DNA of 64,000 bases from the human T2T-CHM13v2.0 reference genome, Homo sapiens. Shown one piece after another: positions 1 to 17,084 of the stretch. How positions within the stretch are numbered: the first letter of the stretch is position 1; each line of letters starts with the position of its first letter. The notes under the pieces are model-generated. The model searched no databases. It was given only the letters and a program-made list of their open reading frames with translations, and was not told the origin of the DNA. Made by a program: the position numbers and the translations under genes. The stretch lies in the NCBI RefSeq assembly GCF_009914755.1, contig NC_060940.1, one strand, 5' to 3'.

Positions 1-243
<243 letters not shown>

Positions 244-354
244 TCAGCCCACCCTCAGCTCCCAGGGAGCTCCTGGCAGCTCCTGGACCTTTCTGCTGCA
301 CTGCACACCTGCTTACATACTGCACCTCAAAGCTCCACTCTCTAGATTTCCAGG

Positions 355-874
355 TGTGATGGTTAATCCTAGGTAACAACTGGTCTGGATTGAGGGATGC
401 CTAGACGGCTGGTGAAGCGCTGTTCCTGGGTGTGTCTGTGAGGGTGTTGCCAGAAGAGGCTGACATTTGTCAGTGGACTAGGAGAGGAAGACCCATCCTC
501 CATATGGGTGGGCACCGTCCAGTTGGCTGCCAGCATGGCTGGCACAAAGCAGGCGGAAGAAGGGGGACCAGCAGCTTGCTGAGTCCGCGTGCTGGCTCTG
601 TTCTGTGTCACGCCGGACACTTGGCCTCCTCTCCCCTTGCCCTTGGACATCAGACTCCAGGTTCTTTGGCCTTTAGACTCTGAGACTTACACCTCTCAGG
701 GGCTCTCAGGCCTTAGGCCTCAGACTGACAGCTGCACTGCTGGCTTCCCTGGTTTTAAGGCTGGCAGACTTGGACTGAATTATGCTACCAGCTTCTCTCT
801 TTCCTCAGCTTGCTGATGGCCTATCATGGGATTTCACCTTGTAATCGTGAGGCAATTCTCCCTAATAAACTCAT

Positions 875-925
<51 letters not shown>

Positions 926-1292
926 CATATATATACATATATACATATATATGTATATATATACATATATATACATATATACATATATATGTATATATAT
1001 ATACATATATATGTATATATATATACATATATATACATATATATACATATATATACATATATGCATATATATACGTATATATACACATATATACGTATAT
1101 ATATGCATATATGTATATATATACACATATATATGTGTATATATACACATATATATGTGTATATATATACGTATATATATATACGTATATATATATACGT
1201 ATATATATATACATATATATATACATATATATATACACACACATATATATATACACACACAGAGTTCTGTCCCTCTGGAGAACGCTAACACA
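355..1292 (+). mobile_element. MLT2-family (ERVL) solo LTR with internal microsatellite expansion
   Basis: Starts TGTGATGGTTAAT, ends ...GAGAACGCTAACACA, with MLT2-like internal sequence. 5-bp TSD CCAGG at 350-354 and 1293-1297. Confidence 0.85.
873..1260. repeat. Compound (TG)n/(TA)n/(TACA)n microsatellite, ~390 bp
   Basis: Directly visible alternating purine-pyrimidine tract. Source of the spurious YI/CV-rich ORFs. Confidence 0.97.
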
Positions 1293-1892
1293 CCAGGCCT
1301 CCACGCTCCCCAGTGTCTCTAACCACCATTCTGGTTTGTTGCCGCCTCCTTCTCTAACCCGGTGGAAGATCGCTCCGGGATCCTCTTCTCATTCTCTAAG
1401 CACTCCCTAAGCATTCTCATCAGCTTCAGGCTAAACTTCCAAATCAGTGTCACCAACCCTGACCTCTCAAGGCTCCCAATTCAGACTTCCAACTGCCCCC
1501 TGAATAATCCCACTGAGATGCACCCGCAGATGCTCACACTTCCAGTCCCGCACTGCTCTGCCTTCTAGATGCTGGTTAACAGCATTGCTGCACAGCTGGC
1601 TTCCCAAGCTGGGAATGCAGCCCCCTCTCTCCCACCACACTTGTCATTGTTTTAGTTTAGGTCCTCATCACCTGTCTCACTGTCTCATGTGGTTGTTCAT
1701 AAAGTCTGTTTCTCTTGGCCAGGCACAGTGGCTTAAGCCTCTAATCCCAGCACTTTGGGAGGCCGAGGCGGGCAGATCACCTGAGGTCAGGAGTTCAAGA
1801 CCAGCCTGGCCAACATGGCAAAACCCTGTCTCTACTAAAAATACAAAAATTAGCCAGGTGTGGTGGTGTGCGCCTGTAGTCCCAGCTACTCA

Positions 1893-2149
<257 letters not shown>

Positions 2150-2766
2150 CTATCGCTACAGGCAACTAGTTGTTTCTTGGGTATTCCTTTAAAGATATCC
2201 CATGTACATATAACAAGAAAAAATGGTGTGTATCTCATAAAAGCTTTTGCTGACAAAGACACACAGATAGACACACAACACACAGAGGTTGAAACTTTCA
2301 GGGAGAGAGCTGACCACGTGGTCTGGAAGATCACTGTGCCTACTGGGTAGTGCCTAGCCTGGCAGAACCACCTCATTTTGTAATTTCACAATAAGCTCTT
2401 GCTATCCCTGGATCCCATCAGCCACGAACTTTCAAAGTGGACCATCTAACTGTGCCCACTGCCTTGATGCCCCTTGCCTCTGGCACGTATCTGGCGAATG
2501 GCAACACACTCTTACCACGCAAACATCCTCTCTTCTTTGTGGCCTCCTTGGCTACCAACAGTTATTACAGAACCTCTGCCTCCCCAGAGCACTCTGGTCA
2601 CCCCTGTTTCCAATTATCTCCCTTTTTCCCCTAATTAAGGTGAAAGAAAAATGCAACATTAAAGGATGTTTTAAAGCAAATCCCAACAACCTCAAGTGAT
2701 TTTCATTCTGTATCCACCTTCTGTAAATGTTATATAACCACAATCAGAGCACACACACCCTTTTAA

Positions 2767-3057
<291 letters not shown>

Positions 3058-4233
3058 TGATCTCAAACTCCTGGGCGCAGGCAATCCTCCCGCCTCAGCC
3101 TCCTTAAAGTGCTGGGATGACAGGCATGAGTCACCATGAGCGGCCAAGAACTGTCTTAATGGATTGTCTTTGCATCTTGGTACCCAAAATAAAGCCTGAA
3201 ATACAGGAGGGCTTGGATCCCCATTTGTCAGACCTTACTTGGGAAAACACTGAAGAGGCGAGCAGCATGCCCAGCATCAATACAAGTATAATTTCCCACA
3301 AAGAAATGAAGTACGCCACCTGCCATACAGCCATCAGGGAAAGGAACTGGACCTTCATGTTCCAGGAATAGTCCAAGGAGGGGGAAGGGAGAGAACAACT
3401 GTAAAGTTCTCATAAAGCCTCACACTCACCCTGGATGAATTATTTAACCTTTCTGGGTCTCAATAAAATTAAAACAAGAGCACCTACTTGATGATCAACT
3501 ATCTAAGAAAGGTCCTAGGCAGTGGCCGGCCCAGAGCATGCACTTAGTGAACGCTAGTGGCCCTTCTCATCTGGAGGCCAGGGGTCTGCTGTTACACTGA
3601 GCAAAAGAGCCAATCGCACAAGCAAAAGAAATGCTGACGCTTGCCAAACCTAGGAATAACCCCACGATGATGGCCTGGCCAAAGACCACACCATTTAAGG
3701 GCTCTCGTTTGAGCTTTGCCTACTGGGTAGTGGCTTGTCTGAGAGAACAAGCTCTTCCTATGATTTTACATCAAAGTGCTGCTATCTCTGGATCTGGTCA
3801 GTCATAAGTCTAAACTTCCCCAGGAAACATGTTCTAAGTAGAAGCAAAGGTTTCTGTGACCTTCTGAGAACAAATGCCAAGCCTGCTGGTGCAAAGCAAG
3901 TGGGAATGAGGCCCTGGGGTTGGAACCATAATGAATTGGAAGGCCAGATGAGGGGACACTGCACTTCCAGGCCAAGTGGCTGGTTTTATCAGAGTCCGAG
4001 GGTGCCAGCTAATCTTATCACAATTCTATCATGTAAACAAAACTGTCCCAAACCCTGAGAGGCTCAGCAATTCCAGCAAGGTTTCAAGCATTCTTAGGAA
4101 TGCTGAGGTAACGCCCAGTACCCTAAACTTTTTGACTCCTAGCATGCTCGTGTTCCCACTGACTTAGAAGGCCACATCTTTTCTTTCTTTCTTTCCCCTG
4201 CACCTTTTGTGTTTTTTTGTTTTTTGTTTTTAG

Positions 4234-4497
<264 letters not shown>

Positions 4498-4658
4498 TGA
4501 GCCACTGTGCCTGTCCAGCTAATTTTTAAACTTTTTGTAGAGATGGGGTCTCACTATGTTGCCCAGGCTGGTCTTTAACTCCTGGGCTCAGGCGATCCTC
4601 CCGACTCAGCCTCCCAAATTGTTGGGATTATAGGTGTGAGCCACCACACCTGGCCTGA

Positions 4659-4992
<334 letters not shown>

Positions 4993-5108
4993 TAGCCAGG
5001 ATGGTCTCGATCTGCTGACCTCGTGATCCGCCTGCCTTGGCCTCCCAAAGTGCTGGGATTACCGGCGTGAGCCACTGCGCCGGGCCCGTTCATTGCCTTT
5101 TTTTGTAA

Positions 5109-5438
<330 letters not shown>

Positions 5439-6201
5439 TGAGCCACTGTGCCGGGCCCATTCATTGCCTTTTTTTGTGAACACAGATCATATTTTCCTGT
5501 TTTGTAAAAATATATTTTAAAATTTTCGTGGTTTTTTTTTTTGAGTCAGAGTCTTGCTCTGTTGCCCAGGCTGGAGTGGTGGCACGATCTCAGCTCAACC
5601 TCCACTTCCTGGGTTCAAACAATTCTTGTGCCTTAGCCTCCTGAGCCTCCTGTGTACCACCACGCCTAGCTAATTTTTTTGTACTTTTAGTAGAGAAGGG
5701 GTTCTGCTATGTTGGCCAGGCTGGTCTCAAACTCCTGTCCTCAAGTGATCTGCCTGCCTCAGCCTCCCAAAGTGCTGTGCTGGGTTTACAGGCATAAGAC
5801 ACCATGCCCAGGCCATTTCTTGTGTCTAAGAATTTTGGATTATATCCTGGACATTGTAGATGATGTGTTGTAGACTCTGGATTCTGTTATGTTCTTGAGA
5901 GTTTGGTGTTTTGTTTCTGTTAACATGCAGTTAATCACAGCTGAACTCAAACTCCAAATCTAGCTTCCCTGAGGCAAGCATCAGCTGAAATCTGTACTGA
6001 TCTTTTAAACTTGGCTAAGTTGCTTGGAATATGCCCCATGTTTGTCTAGTTCAGAGGTTTAGGCAGACTTTTTAAAATAACAGCTTAATGGGCCGGGTGC
6101 GGTGGCTCACACCTGTAATCCCAGCACTTTTGGAGGCCAAGGTGGGCAGATCACTTGAGGCCAGGAATTCGAGACCAGCCTGGCCAACACTGTCTCTACT
6201 A

Positions 6202-6387
<186 letters not shown>

Positions 6388-6730
6388 TTAATGAAGATAA
6401 TTCGCATGCCATACAATTCTCTATCTCTCTATCTACTTATTTGAGACAGGGTCTCACTCTCATTGCCCAGGCTGGAGTGAAGTGGTGTAATTACAGCTCA
6501 CTGCAGCCTTGACTTCTTTGGCTCAGTCAATCCTCCTGCCCCAGCCTCCCAAGTGGCTGGGACTACAGGTGTGCACCACCACGCCCAGCTAATTTTATAA
6601 TTTTCTGTTGAGATGAGGTCTCATCATATTGCTCAGGCTGGTCTCAAACTACTGGGCTCAAGCAATCTTCCTGCTTCAGCCTCCCAAAATGTGCTGGGAT
6701 TAAAAATGTGAGCCACCGCACCCACCCCAA

Positions 6731-7110
6731 TTCACTTTTTTAAAGTGTGCAATTCAGTGTTACGTTAGTCACAAGGTTGTGCAAATATCACCACTATCTA
6801 ATTTTAGAACATTTTCACCAACTCTCCTTAAAACCTTATACTCATTAGCAGTCATTCCCCACCCCCTTCTCCTCTCAGTCACTGGCAGCCATTATTCTAA
6901 TTCATATTTGTAGATTTGCCTATTCTAGACATTTCATATAAATAGAATTGTACTGTGACCTTATGTGACTTGCTTCTTTCACTTAGCATGTTTCCAAAGG
7001 TCATCAATGTCACAGCATGTATCAGTAACTTCATTCCTTTTTATGGTTAAATAACATTCCATTCTATGGATAGATGTCATTTTTAATCCACTCATCTGTT
7101 GAAGAATTTG
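6731..7110 (-). mobile_element. Old L1M 3'-end fragment
   Basis: Typical antisense L1M 3'UTR phrases (TTTGCCTATTCTAGACATTTCATATAAATAGAAT; CTTCTTTCACTTAGCATG; TTCATTCCTTTTTATGG). Confidence 0.7.
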
Positions 7111-7428
7111 TGAAGAATTTGGAATCCCTTCTCTGGGGCTATCTTCTTTCCATCATGGGCTTTTTAATGCCTCATGACAAGGCATTTAACAAAACCAATA
7201 AACAGGCGGGTCGCAGTGGCTCATGCCTGTAATCCCAACACCTTGGGAGGCCAAGTACAGAGGATTGCTTGAGCCCAGGAGTTTGAGACCAGACTTGTCA
7301 ACATAGCGAGGCTCTATCTGTACCAAAAATAAAAAGTACCCAGGTGTGCAGCCAGGCGTGGTGGCTCACACCTGTAATCCCAGCACTTTGGAAGGCCAAG
7401 GCGGGTGGATCATGAGGTCAAGAGGTCA

Positions 7429-7731
<303 letters not shown>

Positions 7732-7895
7732 TCAAGACCAGCCTGGGAAACACAGCAAGACCCCGTCTCTGAAAAAAAAAAAAAAAAAAAAAAAAAACAG
7801 AGAAAGAAAAACAGAAAATACTGGTGACATAATTTAGGCTTCTGGATAGAGTCCCATCTGAAACTGATTTACTCCAGGACTCTTCAGCTACAGTC

Positions 7896-8438
7896 TGTGA
7901 GGAAAAAACAAAACTTTCTCCTCTGCTGTCACAATATAGGATAATCAACACATAAGATTTCCGTGGCCAAATGTGTGGAGATTTCTCCCCAACACCAATC
8001 AATCCATTGAGTCTGCAGTGGATACACGCTGGATGTCCTCTAATTCAGTTTATTTCCAACACTATCCACCCAGACAGAGTGTCAAACCCCACAGGTTGAG
8101 GGCTCAGTCCCACGAGCATGTCCCCCCAATTCTCAATGCCAGTCACAAGCCCCCAGTTGCTTTATTTGTGCTTCTGACCAACTGACTATAAATCAGGGTT
8201 TCCATGACTCCCTCCTTGGGTTCCATTAATTTGCAGGAGCAGCTCTCAGCACTCAGGGAAACACTTAGGTTTACTGGCTTATTATAAAGGATGTCACAAT
8301 GGATACAGATGAAGGAAGAGGTGCACAGGGCAAAGCATGTGGGAAGGAGCGAAGAGCTTCCATACCCACCCTGGGCACGCCACCCTCCAGGAAGCTCCAA
8401 ACTGGGATACAAACCAGATATATATTTTACAATATCAC
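7896..8438 (-). mobile_element. MER21-like LTR
   Basis: TG...CA boundaries and MER21-like motifs (CCCACAGGTTGAGGGCTCAGTCCCAC; CTCAGGGAAACACTTA...GGTTTAC). Subfamily from recall. Confidence 0.6.
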
Positions 8439-9049
8439 AGAGTCAACAAACACCCCTTTCAGCTTAGGCTAGTCAGAGTAGCTTTTTGTTATCTGCAACT
8501 GAGTAGCTTGACTAATAAGAACTTTCATTAAGCACGGTCTGAAGAGATAGCCAATTCTGAGGGACAAAGGCTGCAGGGTAGAAGCATATGTTAACCACTA
8601 ATACCCAGCCTAAAATTGCTGGCCCTTTTACTATAATAGCATAAAAGGCCTCAAATAAACAAATCCAAATATCCTACACTTAAGCCACTCTAAGATTAAT
8701 CCCACAGGGCTTAAAACAGTAAGAGCTTTGTTCTGGGTCAAAGGGAAAGAGGAACCTAATACCCCACACTCACATCCCACACTCTCAACCCAGTCACTAG
8801 CAATGAGAATCTGCAAACTGGGTGCAGTGGCTCATGACCGTAATCCCAGCATTTTGGGAGGCCGAAATGGGAGGATCACTTGAAGTCAGGAGTTCAGGAC
8901 CATCCTGGGCAACACACGGAGGCCCTGTCTCTACAAAAACAAAATAAAATAATCAGCTGGGCAGGGTGGTGCACATGTGTAGTCCTAGCTACTCAGGAGG
9001 CTATGGCAGGAGGATCACTTGAGCCCAGGAATTTGGGAATAATGAGCTA

Positions 9050-9426
<377 letters not shown>

Positions 9427-10000
9427 TTAGCCAGGCATGGTGGTGCATGCTTGTAATCCCAGCTACTCAGGAGGCTGAGGCAGGAGAATCACTTGAACCC
9501 GGGAGGCAGAGGTTGCAGTGAGTTGACATTGCACCACTATACTCCGGCCTGGGTGACAGAGCGAGACTCCATCTCAAAAATAAATAAATAAATAAATAGA
9601 ATCTATATTCATCAATTGGTTAAAGAGACATTAAGAAGACAATTTTTTTCCTTCATGCCTCTGTATTGCAACTTATGCCAGTGTTTCTCATTTAAACCTT
9701 ACAGCAATCCTATAAAATAGATAACAGAATAGTAAGTATAGTGAAGAAACTGAAATTCAGATAGGTTATGCTAGGTAACTCAGGAAAAATAGGTAGTTGA
9801 GCTGGGGCTGCAAGGCTGCAAGTTCTAAAACCTATGCTCTTCCTCTGAATTCCAAGTTGTGTCACGACTTCAGCATATTCAATAGTAAAAGAGATCACAA
9901 AAGTGGAAGCTGCCAACCCACCATTAGGCTATTATGACAACACTCAAAGTATCACCAGTAAAATGATGATTGAGGCAACTGAAAAACAAAGCTAGGGAAA

Positions 10001-10200
10001 TGTGATGGTTAACTTTATGTGTCAAACTGATTGGGCTAGGGGATTCCCAGATAGCTGGTGAAACACTTTAGAGTGTGTCTGTGAGTTTCCTGAGGGTTTG
10101 CTTTCCTGGGCTTCCAGCTTGCAGATGGCAAATCTCGGGACTTCTCAGCCTCTATAATAGTGTCACCCAATCCATCACAATAAATCTCTTTTAAAATAGC
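10001..10200 (+). mobile_element. Internally deleted MLT2-family LTR fragment, followed by a Tigger2-like DNA transposon end (~10205-10275)
   Basis: TGTGATGGTTAACTTTATGTGTCAA start. TA+CAGTTGACCCT... terminal motif follows. Confidence 0.6.
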
Positions 10201-10276
10201 TATACAGTTGACCCTCAAACAATGCAGGTTTTAATTGTGCAGGTCCACTTATATGTGGATTTTCTTCCACCTCTAG

Positions 10277-10441
<165 letters not shown>

Positions 10442-10516
10442 TAATTTTTTTTTTTTTTTTTAGAAGAGACTGGATTTCACCACGTTGCTCGGGCTGGTCT
10501 CAAACCCCTGAGCTCA

Positions 10517-10621
<105 letters not shown>

Positions 10622-11139
10622 TCATGCCTGTAATTCCAGCATTTGGGGAGGCTTTGGTTAGGAGGACTGCTTAAGCCCAAGAGTTTGAGGCTGCAGTGAG
10701 CTGTAATAGCACCACTGTTCTCCAGTCTGAGCAACAGAGAACGTGTCTCTAATAAAAACAAAAATGTGAGATGATGCCTAGGTTAGAATCAGCAGAGGAG
10801 AAGCCAGAGAGAGCAGAGGCAAAGGAAGAGAACGTTCAGCAAGCCAAATGAAAACAGTGTTTCAAGGAGGGGCAGTGATCCACAGCATCAAATGCTGAAC
10901 AGGACTGAGACCTAACTTAACAATGAATTTGGCCACCTAGAGATCACTGGTGGCTTTGACAAGAAGCCTTTTTAGTGGAGTGGTGGAGACCAAAGCCTGA
11001 CTAGAGGCTCAAGGGTTCAAGACTTGGAGGAGAAAAGGCATTAGTGAGGGTAGACTAAGGCCTTTGGCTGCAAACCGGAGCCGAGGAGGAGGTAACTGGA
11101 GGATAGCGAGGGTGAAGGAGGCTGTTTTGTCGTTCTTAA

Positions 11140-11960
11140 GACGGGCATTTTTTGGCCGGGCGCGGGGGCTCACGCCTATACTCCCCACACTTTGGGAGGC
11201 CGAGGCGGGAGGTTGAGCCTCCTGGGCAAACGACGAGCTGTTAGTGTATCTTGTTAAGAACTATATATATATACAAAATTTTTGTGCAAATCATAAAATA
11301 AGTGCTGGAGTTCGGGGCCCATCCTCTGTCCGCATCTTCGTGACCCGGGTCCGAGTACCCCACCTGGAAGCTGCGTCCGTGCCGAGCCCAGCGTGTCGCT
11401 GTTTCCCACCCTCGCCCGGGATGGAAGCACGCAAGCGCAGACCTCGAGCGGCCGGGCGCAGGGCCCGCCCTCCCCGAGCCCCGGCCCCGCCCTCCTCTCC
11501 CGCCCCCACCCCCACGAGCCCCGCCCCCCTCCCGCCCAGAGCGCGTGCGCACCGCCCCTAGAGCGCCGCCTCAGGGAGGTCGGGAGCCGCGGCGTGGAGG
11601 GAGGACTCAGCCCTTCGCTCCCGCGTTTCGCCGGAGGTCTCAGGCCACGGCCCGTCGCCACCTACCGAGTCCGGGACAAAACAAGCTCGTCGGGCTGGAA
11701 ACTGCGACGAGGGGAGCAGGCGCGTTCCTCGAACCCTTTTTCGGAGTCTGCGGATGATCACAGACCTGCGTTCGAAGATTGGCGGCACGTCGAGAACCGC
11801 ACACGCTTTTTTTCCTTTTATGAGCGTAGTCGCGCGCGGAGGACCTTGCACGCATGCGTAGTCGTTCCTCTGTGACGTGACCCGCTGCCCCGTGGGAAAT
11901 GTAGTTTTCACTTGGCACACCGCTCCGGCTCTTGGCGGAACCCTAATTTAACCAACCAAA
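11140..11960. promoter_or_regulatory. SGF29: CpG-island promoter of SGF29 (CCDC101)
   Basis: Strong CpG/GC enrichment. ZNF143/THAP11-type motif ACTACATTTCCCA on - (11893-11905), NRF1-like palindrome ACGCATGCGT (11850-11859), CRE/E-box-like GTGACGTGAC (11872-11881). Gene identity inferred from synteny, ~15 kb upstream of and divergent from NUPR1. Confidence 0.8.
11666..11850 (-). other. SGF29: Probable non-coding exon 1 of SGF29; 1-11665 would be intron 1
   Basis: Minus-strand donor TCG|GTAGGT at 11666/11665, just downstream of the promoter motifs. No SGF29 coding sequence recognised in the window. 5' end approximate. Confidence 0.6.
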
Positions 11961-12247
11961 GTGCTTGTGCGTTTTCAGCGTTTTCTCCCATTTCCCCAGA
12001 CTCTATTTAAAACAAAATGCAATAAATAAATAAATAAATAAAACTTGAAAGCGAACAGATTGCTGCTTGCTGGAGGTGGGTGGGCGCAGGGGTAATATGA
12101 AAACTGTACTTTCTGCTCAATTTTGTTGTGAACCTAAAAATGCCCTAAAAAATAAAAGTCTGTTGTTAAAAAATTAATTAAAAACAGGCCGGGCGCGGTG
12201 GCTCACGCCTGTAATCCCAACACTGGGACGCTAAGGCGGGCGGATCA

Positions 12248-12590
<343 letters not shown>

Positions 12591-15056
12591 TTATCGAAAG
12601 CCATCCTGGTATCTTAAAGTTTCTTACATAACCTACAAATGTCTGTAATTATTTGTTGATTATTTGATAAACTTGCAAGTCCTATGAGATTGGGATCATC
12701 TTGTGTTCACCTGTGTATTCCTAGTACCTAGCACAGTGCCTGGCCATCACATGTTTCTTTTTTTTTCTCTTTGAGACAGGGTCTCGCTCTGTTGTCCAGG
12801 TTGGAGTGCAGTGGTGCCATCAGGGCTCCTGAGTAGCTAGGACTACAAGCACACACCAGCACATTCTGCTGATTTTTAAATTTTTTTTGGTAGAGATGGG
12901 GGTCTTGCTATGTTGCATAGGCTGGTCTTGAGTTCCTGGGCTCAAGCGATCCTCCTGCCTCAGCCTCCCAAAGTGCTGGGATTACAGGCATGAGCCACCA
13001 ACCTCAGCCCCGTCAGTATTTTTCTGTTTATTAGAGAATCTCAGGCGTTAGCACTGAAACTATGTTAACCCCAAAATTAATGCATCATTTTCTTCCATCA
13101 CACTTGCAGTTCTTTCTGTGGGCGTCAGGTCAGTGAATGACATGCCCATCCACCCAGCTGCAGTTCTACTTACTGCCTTTTATGAAGGTTATGCTTTGAG
13201 GGATTTTGCAAATTTTGCATTTGTAAAGGTCTCAGGGGCTCTTTTTCCTGATTGTTAAATATCAGCCCTAGCTAGGCCAGGCGTGGTGACTCACGCCTGT
13301 AATCCCAGCACTTTGGGAGGCCGAGGTGGGCAGATCACGAGGTCAGGAGTTTGAGACCAGCCTAGCCAATATGATGAAACCATGTCTCTACTAAAAATAC
13401 AAAAATTAGCTGGGCATGGTGGCACGCACCTGTAGTCCCAGCTACTCTGGAGGCTGAAGCAGGAAAGAACCACTTGAACCCAGGAGGCGGAGGTTGCAGT
13501 GAGCCAAGATTGCGCCACTGCACTCCAGTCTGGGCAACAGAGCAAGACTCTGTCTCAAAAAATAAATAAATAAAATAAATTTAAAAAATCAACCCTAGTC
13601 ACTGATCAGGAGAGATGTAGAGCTTACAGTTGTTTTTTAAATTATTTTGGTCTCTGCCCTGTTTTAAAATTTTATCGTTAATTTCTGATTTTTCTACAAT
13701 AAACATGTATTTATTAACTTTTTAAAAAGTGTTTTAGAGTGTTGTCCACATGTAAGGAATTGCTCTGTCTTCTCCACATCCACATTTCTCAAAAGAATCA
13801 TCTATACTCAGTTTTCATGTCCCACCTCCTACTTAGTACAATGTCCTGAGCCAGCACCTGGGGGTTATCCCTGACATCACCCTTTCCCTCCCCTCCCTCA
13901 TTCAATCCACCACGTGTCTGCAATATAAAAACACATTTGTTAGGCACTTGCTATGCACCGGGCACTGTTCAAAATCCTTTACACATATTCATTCATATAA
14001 CACAATCCACCTACTTTTCACCTCCACCACATCCACCCTAGGCCAAAGTAGGGACACCTTCCCTAAACAACTGCAAAGGTTCTCTGTTTTTTAATCGCTG
14101 GTGCTAAGGTTGAGTTACTTATTTCTACTTAATGACACACTTCGTCATTGGGCTCTGCACGGCCTCTCTATTTATTTGTTATTTTAAAAATTTTTTTGAG
14201 ACAGAGTCTCACTCTGTCACTCAGGCTGGAGTGCAGACGCGCGCCACGACGCCCAGCTAATTTTTTATATTTTTAGTAGAGATGGGGTTTCACCATGTTG
14301 GCCAGGCTGGTCTCAAACTCCTGACCTCAGGTGATCCACTAACCTCAGCCTCCCAAATTTCCTGGGATTACAGGCGTGAGCCAGCGCGCCAGGCCTCAGC
14401 CCTCTGCTTTCAACACCTGTCATTGTGGGCACACTTTACCTATGACTTACAGCAACCATGCAATATTTCGAAGTGGGCAGCAACATTTCAGTTATGATGG
14501 ACCTGTAAGTTGCCTCCAACTACTACTGGCTACCACAAACAATGCCACAGTGAACAACCTCATGCTTATTCCCCTGCGGTCTATATGAAGATTTCTCTGA
14601 GATGTATGCCCACTAGTGAGACTGAGCAATGCCATCTTAAATGATCTCCCCTCATCTATTCGGGCCAGAGTGGCACATGCCTACAATCCCACTGCTTTGG
14701 GAGGCTGAGGCTAGAGGATCACTTGAGGCCAAGAGTTCAAGGCAACAGTGAGCTATGATTGTGCCACTGCACTCTAGCCTGGAAAACATAGCAAGATCCT
14801 GTCTCTACAAAAAAAATCTTTTTAATCAGCCAGGCGTGGTGGCATGCACCTGTAGTCCCAGCTACTACTGAAATTGAGGCAGGAGGACCGCTTGAGCCCA
14901 GGAATTCAAGACCAGCCTGGGTAACAGAGTGAGATCTCATCTCTACAAAAAATTTAAAAATTAGCCGGGCGCGGTGGCTCACACCTGTAATCCCAGCACT
15001 TTGGGAGGCCGAGGTGGGTGGATCACAAGGTCAGGAGATCAAGACCATCCTGGCTA

Positions 15057-15287
<231 letters not shown>

Positions 15288-15390
15288 TCACACCTGTTAT
15301 CCCAGCACTTTGGGAGGCCAAGGCGGGCGGATCACGAGGTCAGGAGATCGAGACCATCCTGGCTAACACGGTGAAACCCCGTCTCTACTA

Positions 15391-16169
<779 letters not shown>

Positions 16170-17084
16170 TCAGGATCTGACCTCCCATGGCAAAGAGGAA
16201 ATTGTAACTATTCACAATTTAATGGTTTTTGTCCCCGCTGCAGGCACACGTAGCCATATCATGACCAGAAGGTGGCATAGTGTGCCTGCAATCCAAAAGG
16301 AAAAAGATGAAATACATTAACTCTTAAATGTTGCCTTTTTTTCTGATATACATTGTGCAAAAGTCCAACACTACAGAGATCTGGAGTCCATAAAGGAGAA
16401 AGTAAAAATTATCCAGAACCCCAGTCTAGGATATAACCACTTTGGAGAGTTTGGTTTACATCTCATTGCCCCCCCTACTTTTATTTTCAATAATGAAAAT
16501 AATTTTTCTGGCCAGGTGCGGTGGCTCACGCCTGTAATCCCAGCACTTTGGGAGGCCGAGGTGGGGGGATCACCTGAGGTCGGGAGTTTGAGACCAGCCT
16601 GGCCAACATAGTGAAACTCGTCTCTACTAAAAATACAAAAAAAAATAGCCAGGCGTGGTGGCCCGCACCTGTAATCTCAGCTGCTCAGTACTTGGGAGGC
16701 TGAGGCAGGAGAATCGCTTGAACCCAGGAGGTGGAGGCGGTGAGCCAAGATCATGCCGCTGCACTCCAGCCTGGGGGACAGAGTGAGACTCCGTCTCAAA
16801 AAAAAAAGAAAAAGAAAAAGAAAATAATTTTTCTTGCAAAAATGGGAGCACAGATGCACCGTTGCGGAGGGCGACAATGATGTCTGGGCTCGCTTCATTC
16901 TACATGGGTTGGGGCATGGGGTAGGGGGGCACGGCCCCTTGGCCCGAGGTGGGAGGGTAGGGGACGGTGTCTGTGGCCCAGGGGTGGGTGGGGTGGGACA
17001 ACGCATTGTTTTCAGGGCACTCCGTCTACACCCGTTACACTCCGCAGCAAAGCCGTCCCAGGTCTCCACCCACCACCCCACCCA

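Noticed and set aside
810-1410. Six overlapping 129-194-aa ORFs rich in Y/I/C/V/H/T
   Set aside because: Translations of the TA/TG/CA microsatellite.
11241-11920. Overlapping 70-160-aa G/P/R/A-rich ORFs on both strands
   Set aside because: Expected stop-codon scarcity in a CpG island; no recognisable protein.
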